DNA from: Geosiphon pyriformis uo1
Taxonomy: Eukaryota > Fungi > Glomeromycota
Length of the DNA stretch: 64,000 bases
Direction of reading: 5' to 3'
Assembly: GCA_016748015.1 (NCBI GenBank)
Contig: JAAOMT010000134.1
Span: 1,432,757 to 1,496,756 of the forward strand
Shown here in pieces: positions 24,701 to 36,262 of the stretch. The position numbers and the translations under genes were made by a program. Each line of letters opens with the position of its first letter. Positions within the stretch are counted from its first letter, which is position 1. The notes under the pieces are model-generated. The model did not search any database and was not told where the DNA came from. It saw nothing but the letters and a program-made list of their open reading frames with translations.

Positions 24701-27700
24701 GAATAGTTTTTTTCTGCTGGTGTAAGGGTTCTACTGGTATAGGCTATTGCATGTTTTCTGCCATCTTCATCTTTTGTATGAGAACAGCACCAAGTCTATA
24801 GCCAGATGTATCAGTATAAAGGATGAAAGGTTGATCTAGATTAGGTTGCTTGAGAATAGATTTTGTAACCAATTTTTCTTTGAGGATTTCAAATGTTTTC
24901 TGCTGATATGTGCTTCAATGATAGTTGACATTTTTCCTGAGTAGCTAATTGAGTGGAGAGACAATTTTAGAGAAATCCTTAACAAATTTGCAATAATAGG
25001 AGGCCAAACCAAGAAAAAAACATAACTCATGAACATTCATTGGTTGTCTTATGTTTTGAACTTTTTCCACTTTGGCTGGATCAGAGAAGATTCCATCTTT
25101 TGTAATAAGATGGCCAAGAAATTGGGTGGATTGTCTTCCAAAGAAAAATTTGATTGGGTTGATTTTGAGACCTGCATTTCTGAGAAGATTAAAAACCTTT
25201 TGCAAATGTTTAAGGTGTTCATTCCAGGTTTTTGAGTACACTATTATATCATCCAGATAGACCAGAACAAAGTTTTTTTTCACTGATTCAAATACTTTAT
25301 CCATTAAGCATTGAAAGATGGGAGAGGCATTGGTAAGACCAAAAAACATGACTGTGAATTCATAGGTGCCATACTTGGTAATGAAGGCGGTTTTTTTCCA
25401 GCTTTCTGGATCCATCTTTACTTGCCAGAATCCAGCAGTTAGATCAATGATTGAAAAGAAAGCAGCATCTTTGAATTGATTCAGCATTGTATCAATCTTG
25501 AGAAGTGGGTACATGTCTCTTTCAGTAATGGCATTTAATTGGCGGTAATTAACACAAAAGCATAGGGTTCCACCTTTCTTGAATACCATTACAACTGGGA
25601 AAGCCCATTCACTCTTGGTTTCTTGTATAAATCCAAGTTCTTTTATCTGGTTTATTTCTTTCTTGATAAACTCATTATTTCGGCAATTGGATTGGTAAGG
25701 CTTCAAATGGATGGGACGAGTTTCTCTGGTGGTGATGATGTATTGTATCACATGGGTTCGTCCTGGAATATCACCTTCTTTTAAGATAACTAAGCTGTTT
25801 CTTGTCAACAGATTTTCAATGTCTATCTTTCTTTCTTCTGGGGAGGGTTCTCTTTGTTTTACTACTAATGATTGGATCTCAGGTGGTTCATTCTCAAAGA
25901 ACTTCTGTACTTCTTTTAATTCATCTCTTGGTATTAGGCTAATTGGTTCCCAATCTTTGTAATAGATCAGGCATGATTTGCATTTATCACTTGGAGAATA
26001 CAAAGGTTTATTGCACCAGCACCAGACACAAGGGCCATGCCACCAATAACTGTATTTGGCTTTCTTGCCAGGCTTTTGGTCAAAGGTTCTTCTTAGAATA
26101 TCATAGTAGGGCCAGCAGATCAGCTTACTATTTACAATGATTCCCTTTCTATCAGCTTTAACATTGTCTAGTGGCTTGCCATTGCTGATAAAGGTGGTGT
26201 AGGTGAGTTCAACAGTTTCTTTTTGTTCTTCTTGTTCATCTTCTTCATTACTCTCTTCATCATCTGATTCCTTTGATTGCTCATCTTCATGATTTTGTTT
26301 GATTGCTAAAAGAGTTGTCCAATGGTGACATTTAACCACAATGGGTTTTTTATCACATCTTATAGTTAGCTCACAAAGTTTATAGTCGAGTAAGACTTTT
26401 GCTTTCTTAAGCCACTCATTGCCAACAATAATAGTGTATTCTTTAGCTTTAGAAACTTTCATGTTAGTTTCAATACTGATGCCATTGATGCAAACAGGAA
26501 TAGCTTTGGCAATGCCCAGATCTTTCTTCTTGTCACCATGTACGTTAGTCATTGGTCAGGTGGAAGGTTCATTAATTTTTCTGCCAATTGCTTCAAGGAA
26601 GTGTTTGGCAATTACACTAACAGATGATTCACTGTCTAGGATCAAGTCAATAAAGTAACCAGTCACTTGTGCTTTGCAAATTAGAGGAGTGATATTGCTG
26701 TTGTCAGCAAATCCAGCTTGGCGATGGCATTTATTGGTCTTTGGTGTTTTCTTCTTGGGGATTAGAAATTTGCGGAGATCTTTTCTGAACTGTAAATGGG
26801 TCATTAATTGACCAAAGGTAATGTGTGCTGAGGTTTCCATGAGATCTTTGACAACAGAATAGGGTTCAGATTTTTGTACAATTTCTGGGAGTTCCAACTT
26901 TGGAGAGTTCTTAAAAACTTTGGCTTTTGGTGGCTCATTGTTATCAGCAGTGGAAGTTGAGGCTTTGTTAAGATCTAGAACGAAATCAACCTTGACTTTT
27001 TTCTTTTTTCTGGTTGATTCAGAAGTGTTGATTGCTAATTCATCCATGTCATGGTCATTATCAGTTAAGTTAAAAGCAAAAAAGGGGTTTTCTTCTAGTT
27101 GGCTTGCACTCTCACCCTTTGGAGGTGCACCTACCAGTTTAAAGGCTGATAGACTGTGGCTTCAACTAGAGAATTCTTTCCAAAGAAATTGATGTTGGCA
27201 TGGTTGGGTCTTTGATTGGGAGCATTATTGTTAATGGGTCTATTGTTTTGATTGTCATTATTTCTGGAGACTGGAGGAGGTAAAGGAGAATTGTTGCAAT
27301 CTTTTGAGAAATGTCCAGTTAATCCACATCTATAACATACAAGAGAACCACAATTTTGCTGTCTTTGATAAGAAGATTGCTGGGGCTGATTAAAATGTGG
27401 TTTATATCTGGGTTTTTGTAGTTGTTGGTTATCTCTAACTGCTTGTGCCAAAGGTTCTAATAACTAGACAAGATTGGCTGTGAGTTTATCAATTAATTGT
27501 TCATTTGGATCTTGAGTTTGGGCAGCAAAAGAGGCAGCAGTCATTTGAGGAGCAGGAGCCATGATAGAAGCAAGAGCAAAAACTGGAAGTGTGTATTCTT
27601 TAGTTGTCTTTAATTTGTTGGGCAAGTTCAATGGCCATGTCCATTGTAGAATTGTCTTTTAGGGCCAAGAAAGGCCAAAGAGCATAAGATAAATTGGTTC

Positions 27701-29412
27701 TCAATCCTTTTGTGAAGAAATGAATCTTTTGTTCTTCTGTTCAATTTCTTTCAGAGTTTACATGCTTGATTAACTTTCTGATTGCTTTAGGATATTCAGT
27801 TACAATTTCACCAGGGCCTTGAGTTTTTCTTTCTAATTCCATGTGCCACTTGAATATCAAGATTGGGGTTCTGAACTTGTTTTCAAACTGGGTTGTAAAA
27901 GAGGTGTTGTTTTCTCCAGCATTTGCTGGCATCCATCTAATGATTCTTTGATGAGCATTAGCATCAGTTTTCTGTGAAAACCAGGTAGCAAGAGAGCCTT
28001 GAAGGTAGCCACCAACAATTTAAAACTTGTATTTATCATCGTATTGGTTAACTGTAGCAGCTCTTTCAAAGTCATCCAACCATTCAATTAGATCTTGTGC
28101 ATTGCCTTTGAATAATAGTAGTGGAGTGTTGTTTCTTCATCCCAAAGCAGTTTGTATGTCTTGGAGAGCAGCCAAGATGTTTGCTTGTATTGGATCTTGG
28201 ACCATTGGTTTAGGAGTTACTGTTTGTGTGAAGTGCTCCAATTCACTTAAGAAGAGATCAAAAATAGAGGCTGTTTGGTAGCTTTCTTTTTCTGTTTCAA
28301 GAGGAGTTACTGTTGATTAATAAGCAGCAATCCAAATGTGGATTTGATGATTCAGATTTTCGAAATCAGGGGGCTGTTGTTCAAAGTTTGTAGAATATAA
28401 GAGCTGATTGATACTGTTGTTTTTTTTTTCAAAGTTGTCTTCAAAATAAGTTTGATCAAAGTAATAAGTTGTATAAGTCGTGTAGGTTTCAGCTGAATGC
28501 TCATTCAGAAACCAGTTCCAAAAATTTTGGAATTGTCTGCTGAATTGTTTTTCAATGGGGAAGCAAATCAAGCAGGAGGGCAAAGGATTGAGTTCAATAA
28601 AATCTAAATCATTTTTGTTGTGTGCTTTAAAATGTTCTTCTGATTGTTGTGACAGGTATGAATAATCACCTATACAATAGAAAACAAGGTGGATTTTGAC
28701 AACCTCACAGGGAGCACCACTTTTATGTTATGGGTTGGAGTAACAAGCTAACAGATAACAAGAGAGAACAGGATTGTAGAGTAATAGAAATAATCAAAGG
28801 GGATTCAACTTCAATGAGCAAATTGAATGAATATGAATTCAATGTACAAGATCAGTCTTATAAAATATCTCAGTTGCTATTCTTTTCAAAAAATAACAAG
28901 GGAATCTGAAGGTAGAAGGATAGTCTATACTGTCAACAATTAATAACTGCTGGTATAATTCTATGCCTTATGTCAGTGCTCTTAGAATTCAATATCAGAT
29001 ATTAACTTGTGCTCTTTAGTCACATTTATTTAAATAATCTTCAAATACTGCAATTACACGTTTCAGAAAAGTGTCAACAAGTAATCTTTTATCCAAAAGA
29101 TGCTCAGATACTTGAAGGTAGGAAAAGAGAAATTAGCAATAAGAGAATGTTTGAGATAGAAGTTTGTTATTTTATTTCTTTGATTGTCTTGATTTCTTAC
29201 ATTGATATTTTTCTACAGCTAAAAGACTCATCATTTATATATCTATTGAAAGTGGTAAATGACCAGATCAATGATCAGGTTAATGATCAGGTCAACAGTC
29301 AAATCATTGATCAGATCAATGATCACTATTTAAAAATAGAGTGGCTAATTATATGACATTAGTGGCTAATATATGTGATAACTAATAAAAACTATGAGTT
29401 TTAATTATAACA
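21755..29412 (-). mobile_element. Family-A copy A3, complete insertion, TSD GTGG/GTAG
   Basis: LTRs 21755-22405 and 28726-29412; PBS 28702-28719; gag 27131-28673; PR-RT-RH 24451-27143 (535-aa ORF with YLDD); IN 23073-24386; ORF4 22375-23100; the host B frame rejoins across it (..TISI|PPYDQY). Confidence 0.95.
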
Positions 29413-29428
29413 GTAGAATGGAAATTGT

Positions 29429-30469
29429 TTAACAGATTAAGATAATTTCTCCTTTGCCAACAATTTTTTCCTCTGCCATATTAACTGATATATCTATTCT
29501 ATCTGTTGATCCAAATCTCTGTATTCCTCTAGCTATTATCTTTAATTCTTCCCTTTTTCTCACTGACACTAACTGAGCTATTTTCACCAGAGGTAGAAAT
29601 ATTGCTTGTGCTATCTTTTCATTTGGCTTTATAATATAGGCCTTTTCCAAATCATTTTGTAACATAGCAATGATATTTTCTATGTATCTTGTATCAATTA
29701 TTCCTCCTCTGATGTTGATTCCTTTTTTGGCTAGGCTACTCTTAGATGCCAACTGAACCATTGTTGTTGCTGAAATTTCCAATGCTATTTTGAAATCAAT
29801 GCAGATGCACGAATGGGGTTCCAATTTTATAGCATCTTTTCCAGGATATCTCAGATCAAACCCTATATTAGTATCATGCACACACTTTGAAATGATACCT
29901 TTATTATTGTCACTGAACCATTTTAGTTCCTGCTCCTTGGTGAGATCAGAGAGTGCTATAAATGTTTCAGAGTTTGGATCTGAGTCCAAATCACTATTAT
30001 CTTTGTTGCCATATTGAACAGAGCTGGAACCATTGTTTTTGTCATCATCATTGTTGGAGTTTGAATCAGGATTGAAAATTGATTCCAATTCTGATGTGCA
30101 GTTGCTTATTGGTTTATCTTCTTCTGGAATTGTGTAAATCATGTGTGGTGGTAGATTGTAAATGAGGTCACACTCATTACAATACTGAAAGTTACAGAGG
30201 ATTAAGCAATGTTGACATAATCGAGTGTTCAACTGTTCTAAATGCTGCTCTTGTTCTTTTCTAGTAGGTGCCAAATGCTGGTAATGTTTATGAAACTCTT
30301 TTAGGTCATCTTCAATGTTGCCAAAGATGTCAAAAGTTTGTATGTATTCAGGTTCAGAAAGAGATAGAGGGTTGTTTTTGATCTCTAGTAGTTTGCTGGT
30401 TGTCATACCTTCTGCTTTCACATATGCCATTCTCCATAGTTCATCTTTGTTGTAGGGATATCCTTCCAA
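29429..30469 (-). pseudogene. Family-B Cys-rich domain plus trimeric dUTPase within pol
   Basis: dUTPase motifs GFDL, ASKSSLA, GGIIDTRY, EKIAQAI, RG..RFGST; upstream CQHC..C..QYCNEC. Confidence 0.88.
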
Positions 30470-31172
30470 TTGTCACAATGCTTGTTTCCAGGTGTTATCA
30501 ATTGGTATTCCTTTGCTTATCCAATCATTTATCAGTATGGTATACTGGCATGTTTCATCACATGTTCTTCCATGCCCAGGAATGTTATTCCACATTTTTT
30601 TGTCAGATAGGATAGTTTCACATACAAGACATGGTTGGTTATCCCACTTTCCTTGTTGTTTTGGTCATCCAAAGTGTTCTACAACACATGAGTGGCAGTA
30701 GAATCTTGTGGCTGTGGAGTATTTCTTGTCATTATCACAACATGTGTCCATTGATGACAATTTCTTGCTGCAATTGACGCATTCCAATTTTGGTCGACGA
30801 TAATTGGATGGTGGTAATGAAGTGTAAGTGTATAAACTATAAGTGCTGCTGGTGAGATTGGTTTCTTCTTCTTTCTCCTTTTCCTTTCTCTTATTAATTT
30901 TTTCTTACTCCCAGTTTGCTGGTTCGTCTTAGTCATTATCAGTTTCCCAGTTTTGGTCAGTATTTCAGGTAAGTTCTTTGTTTTCTTTCCTTTTTCTCTT
31001 GTTATTCCATAAAAGTATCAGTAGTAGCTTGTTGTGGTTTTTATCAGCCCAAAAGACTTGGTACACTTTCCAGATAGGTTTCTCTTTTTCTTTTTTGAAT
31101 TCAATAAGTGGAGCTGATGGCGTGGTAATGAGTTTGAAATGGCCACACATGGCTGATACACATGTGTGTTGT

Positions 31173-32034
31173 TGTTACAAGTAACTACTACTGGTATTAG
31201 ATTAGATAACAAACTCATAACTTGGTACTCAAATCTAGTTGCAGTTGATAGTGATCTGAAGGTTTGTGTCTAAAAAGTTTGTATCTGAAGGGTTTGGTTG
31301 AGTTCTTTGTATAATGGACAGAGATTCAATGGTAATAGTTTTATCCATAGCTTTCTGAAACCGCAGTTTTGTCAATTTCTTTTTCAGCTTGATGGCTGGT
31401 ATTTCTTCTGGTAAGCTATTCTTAATTGAGTGTTCTATCCTTATTTCTGGGTCTTTTACCAGTTACGTTTATCCTGATATCAGCACCCTGCACATTAATT
31501 CTCAATAGAGTTAGTAAATAACAATAAAATCAAAGCAAGAAATAAAGAAAAGAAAAGAAAGAAAAGAAATAAGCCAAGGCGATTTACAAGTTAGTATTCC
31601 ATCAATAGCCATGATTAAGAGCTATTGTTCCAGTGTGGTTAAGTATCAATTACTATTAATATAAAGTGTTGATAGTAGCAGTGGGTTTGAGATAACAAAC
31701 AGTTATTTATTTGTGGTTTGGAAAGTTGTCTAGATAAAATCTAAACTGAGAGATCTGTTTTTTTAGCTTCTAATCCTACTGCTATATATACATAATTGAG
31801 ATTTCTCAATTTCTCAATTCTTCACAACAGGAATTCTGGGATTCCTGGAATCCTGTGATTTCTTTAAAAAGAATTCTGAAATTCTGGAATCCTGCAATTC
31901 CTTATGAAAATCCTGTAATTCCTGGAATTCTGCAATTCCTGAGAGGAATCCTGGAATTCCACATTTTACTATGTCTACTTCTAATTGGTTAATAACTATA
32001 CTAATATATATTTTCTATATTTCTATGAGTAACA
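31173..32034 (-). repeat. Solo LTR type E, TSD TTGT
   Basis: TGTTACA...GAGTAACA with exact TTGT/TTGT flanks; host protease-downstream sequence rejoins. Confidence 0.92.
31828..31962. repeat. GGAATTCC(TG)-type dyad array in type-E U3
   Basis: Visible directly; also at 14660-14770. Confidence 0.85.
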
Positions 32035-33645
32035 TTGTCCATTTTGGTTGAGCTGGAGCTCTTGGGTGTTTCAATCGAGTGTTGTGTTGATTTTGGACAG
32101 CCAGTCATTACTCACTAGTGCTTGGTATTGAGTGGCTTCCATGACTAATACCTTGATTGGTATGGTGATGCCATTGATTTCTATGGGCAAGTTATCTATT
32201 TTACCAATTGGAGTCTTGGTGGTTCTATCAGCGGTAATTATCCTTGCACTGGCAGTTCGATCAACTCAGTGACCTAATTGGTCCATGAGCTGTTTTGTAA
32301 TAATGCTGCCAGCTGATCCACTATCTAGAATCAGTTTGATAAACTGACCATCAATTTTGTCATCTGTGTACATCACCGTAATAGGTTTTTCCTTAAATGC
32401 AGCTCCACCAAACAAAGAGGTTTTTGTCAGTTCCTTGATTTTGAAAGGAAATATAGCTGCTAGAGACTTGTCTTCCATAATAGTGGCTGGTGGAATATTG
32501 GTAAGTGATTGCTTCTGTTTGAGTTCCCGAATGTTGGGTAAGGTGTCTTCTGAGGTAGCCAGAAGACTTAAATAGTTTTGGGAACTCGGGTTTTGAGTAT
32601 ACCTGGTTCCTGAACTCCATTGTTGTGATCTTAACAGCTGGTTAAATAAACTGGGGATTGGTTAGTGAACAACCATCACTAATCTCCAGTTTTGGGTGAC
32701 TCTTGATCTGGGGTTTTCTGATGTCATTTGAGCTGAGTTTGATGGTAGTGTTTAAACTGTGAGTGTCTGATAAATTATTTGTGGCTGTAGTAGTTGATAT
32801 ATTATTGGTGGCTACAGTTGATAAACTGGAGATTGATATACGGGTGGTTGATATATTGACTGTTGTATTATTGGCAGGTAAGTCAGTTAATATGGGGCTG
32901 GGTTGGATTGGTAATTTGGAGTTGGGAACCAGCGATTGGGGTTTCGATATTGATTTCCCAATCATTGGTTATTATTATAAAATTGGCAGTCAGCTCTAAT
33001 GTGGTCTTGTTTATCACAGTTATGGCAGACATGTGTCTCTTGTTGCCATGGCTGATTTGGAGATAATGATGGATGCATCTGATTTTGGAAACAATTCATG
33101 TTTCCTGAATTATTGCGTCATTGTGGTGGTTGATAAATTGCATGATTGTCAGCTAAGTATCCTTCCAATTTCTGATTAATTGAATTACTGAATTGTTTCA
33201 ATTTGGAATCCAATTCAGATGATCTATTCATCACTAGATTAACAGCTTGGGCATGGCTTGCTTTGAGTTTTGCCAATTCAAAATCTCTGGTATTTGTAAC
33301 GGCATTTTAGAGAGTTTGTGAGTGCATTAGACATACATGTTGGAGAAGACTACTATGCAATCCACAGATGAACTGGTTTAGAATCTGAGGTGTGGTAAAA
33401 TAGTTAGCTTGAATTGCTTAAATTTGGCATAAATTCCTGTGGAAATGTCCCAAGTAAGTAGTAACTGCTTCAGTTTTTTTTTGTTTAATTGTGGTGAAGG
33501 TGTTGGCTAAGCAATAAATACTGTTATTATTACTGAAATATTCCAAAAATGCAGTTTTGAATTTCTGGAATGTTTAAGGTTTAATGGCTAAACTCTGATA
33601 CTATGAGTCGGCAGTATCTTGTAGAAAATAGAGAATTACTTGAAG

Positions 33646-36077
33646 AATTATTTTTTGAACTTCTTTTTTGAGTATTACTTGTGTTATTTTAATTTGTAGT
33701 TTTTCAAATTAAGCGTTGGTTATTTTTCCCAATTGATTACTCATAACTATATCCATTGCTGTGTTGAGTAAGATTTCTGGTTGGTTTTGAAATCTCATAT
33801 ATAGCCAGTAAATGGCTCGAGCTTGTGTGGTTAGATTGTTTTTTCCCACAAATTGTTTCAGTTGTCTCAGTATTGTTGTGTTGAATAACTGTTTTGTTTT
33901 ATCAGTATACAAATTCTGGATATTTACATGTTGTCCCAAGTGGAAATGACAATAGTTTTTTGGAAATTGTTGCATCCACCAAGTCCAAGTTTCTCTGGTA
34001 AGTTCTAGGTGTAATCCGACTATTTGTTGTTCTTTTATGGCCAATTTTATCTTGGTCATGATCTTGTCAACAACATTTTCAAGTTTTTTCTGTGCTTTGT
34101 TTTGTGGTATCTTTGCTGTATTTTTGTAACAAATAATTTGTTGATTGATTGTAATTTTTATTTCCTGGTGTTGTATTAATTGAAAAATTTGTTGGGCTAG
34201 TAAATGGATATTGTCTGTAATTTCCATTTTTCTGATCTTTTCTGTCACATCAACCATGTTCTTATATATTCTTTTGTCAATCAATTGGATGTGTTGTTGT
34301 TAATAATAATGATTGGTTCCAGATCTTGTGGAATCTTATTTGGTTGGACTAGTATTCTCTGTACTCTTAATTGTGGAATATTATTGGTGGATAATACTGC
34401 TATATGGTGGTATGGTTTCAGTCAATCTCCATGTGCTACTTTGGTCAAGATTTTGTTATTCAATCTTAATTTGTAAGCTCTATTTCCTAGAATTTCTTCT
34501 ATGTAAAATGGTCCGTCCCATTTGGGGTCAAATTTTTCACTCCATTGTTTTTCCACTTTGGTATAATGTAGTAGTACTTTGTCTCCAATCTTGAATTCAA
34601 CTGGTTTATCTAGTAGTTGGTTATCATGTCTTTTTTTTTGTTTCTCTTATAACCTTTGTATGTTATCAGTTGCTCTTCTTCATTTATTTTCTAATGTTTC
34701 TATTAAGTCATATGTTCTTCTCAACAATGTGTTTTTGAAATTCTTTTTTGTTATTGGTTTGGTTGGGTATGTGCTGACTTCTATTTCCACTAGTAGTGTT
34801 GTTGTTCTACCATATACTAATTCAAATAGTGTTGTTTGTGTGATATCTTGCTTCATTGTCTAATAAGCAAATAGTACTGATGGTATCAACAAATCCCAAT
34901 CATTCTGGTTTTCTTGGCTGAGCTTAGCTATTGCTTTACACAATGTTCTGTTGAATTTTTCGACTAATTTGTTGGTTTGTGGATGGTATGGTAATGATAG
35001 TAGTCTCTTAATTCCGAATCTTTGGCTCAATTCTGTTAATGTTCTGTTCACAAAATGAGTTCCTTGGTCTAATAATAATTTCTTTAGACATCCGTGTCGA
35101 CAAATTAAATCTTGATGAACAAATTTGGCAGCAGATTCTGCATCCACTCTTTGAATTGCTTTTGTCTCTGGCTATTTAGTGAGATAGTCCATGGCTACTG
35201 CTATGTACCTGTTTTTTCTACTGGTAATTGTTAATGGTCCAACTAAATCAATTCCAATACAATCAAATAATTGTCCCACTTTAATTGGTCTTAATGGTTC
35301 ACTGGGTTTTGTACCTCCTTTTCACTGACAAGCATCACAATTTTGAACATATTGGATGATGTCTGAATACATTGATGGCCAATAGTATCTTTTTCTGGTT
35401 CTTTCCATGGTTGCTTCTTTGTGAAAATGTCCTGCTGTTGGATTTGAATGCATGTTGAATAATATTGTCTCTTTTTCTGGCTCTGTAATTACTTTAGTTG
35501 GTTGCTCTAGATCTTTTCTATTTTTCTGATAAAGTATATTTTGGTGAGTGATAAAATATTTTGATTGTTGTTTGATACTCTTTCATTTCGTTTGAGATAA
35601 ATTCTCCTTGAACTGTTGAGTGTTTATATAATATTGCAATTGTTGATATTTTTGTATGTTCATCTTTTTGTTATATTTTTCATTGGTATTGTTCTGGTTT
35701 TGTTATATTTTTGGGTTGAAATGTTCTTAAATTTGTCTCATTTATGACAAACTGTCAACATTTTCATTGTCTTTTCCCTTTTTATAATGTATAGTATAAT
35801 TATATGGTATGAGTGCCATTTTCCATCTTAACTGTCTTCCATCTCCAAATTCTTGTTTTTGAAGTGATGTTAGTTCTTTGTGATCTGTGTATACTTCAAA
35901 CTTCTGGCTCAAGTATTCTTTTCATTTCATGACTGCCCAGTATATCACTAAGTGTTCTTGTTCCGGTGTTCCATAGTTCTTTTCAGCTGGTGTTAAACCT
36001 CTGCTGGCATATGTTACTGGATGTTCTCTGCCGTCCGGTCCTCTCTGAAATAGTATCACTCCCAATGCTTGGCCTGC
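33646..36077 (-). mobile_element. LTR-less internal fragment of a B-like element (RNase H tail, integrase, ORF4 33709-34284)
   Basis: Colinear with 17930-20355; abrupt ends on both sides. Confidence 0.85.
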
Positions 36078-36262
36078 TTTGAAAGTAGATTTTGAACTAT
36101 ATTTTTAGCCATTTTATAAACTTTTTTTCTTTTCCATGGTCAAGAATAATGAAAATCTTTTTCTCTTAGAATAATACAAATTTATTCAGGATTAACCATA
36201 TTGAACTTAGGAATTTTCTTTCATTATTTCGAGGCGTCTGTTTGGGCGATATAATTAATGAT

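Larger units (their letters stand above)
17123..33645 (-). mobile_element. Family-B LTR retrotransposon (dUTPase-bearing), 5'-truncated, hosting A3 and solo E
   Basis: 3' LTR type D 17123-17887, PPT, ORF4 ~17900-18590, IN ~18590-19975, RT-RH 20006-21361, dUTPase/Cys-rich 29413-30900, protease ~32035-32480, gag to ~33645. Confidence 0.9.

Noticed and set aside
27118-27155. 38-nt GT..AG intron that would fuse gag to pol in family A
   Set aside because: Much shorter than the 65-93 nt host introns here, with a weak donor; the -1 slippery site explains the junction better
29009-29356. 115-aa ORF with VNDQ repeats
   Set aside because: Translation of the LTR 12-bp array on the antisense strand; not open in the other LTR copies
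31828-31962. Heat-shock elements in LTR E
   Set aside because: Only isolated TTCnnGAA pairs; spacing is mostly GAATTC or TTCnnnGAA, not three phased nGAAn units
33709-34284. ORF4 as an envelope glycoprotein or chromodomain
   Set aside because: No signal peptide, transmembrane anchor, furin/fusion motif or aromatic-cage chromodomain pattern is visible
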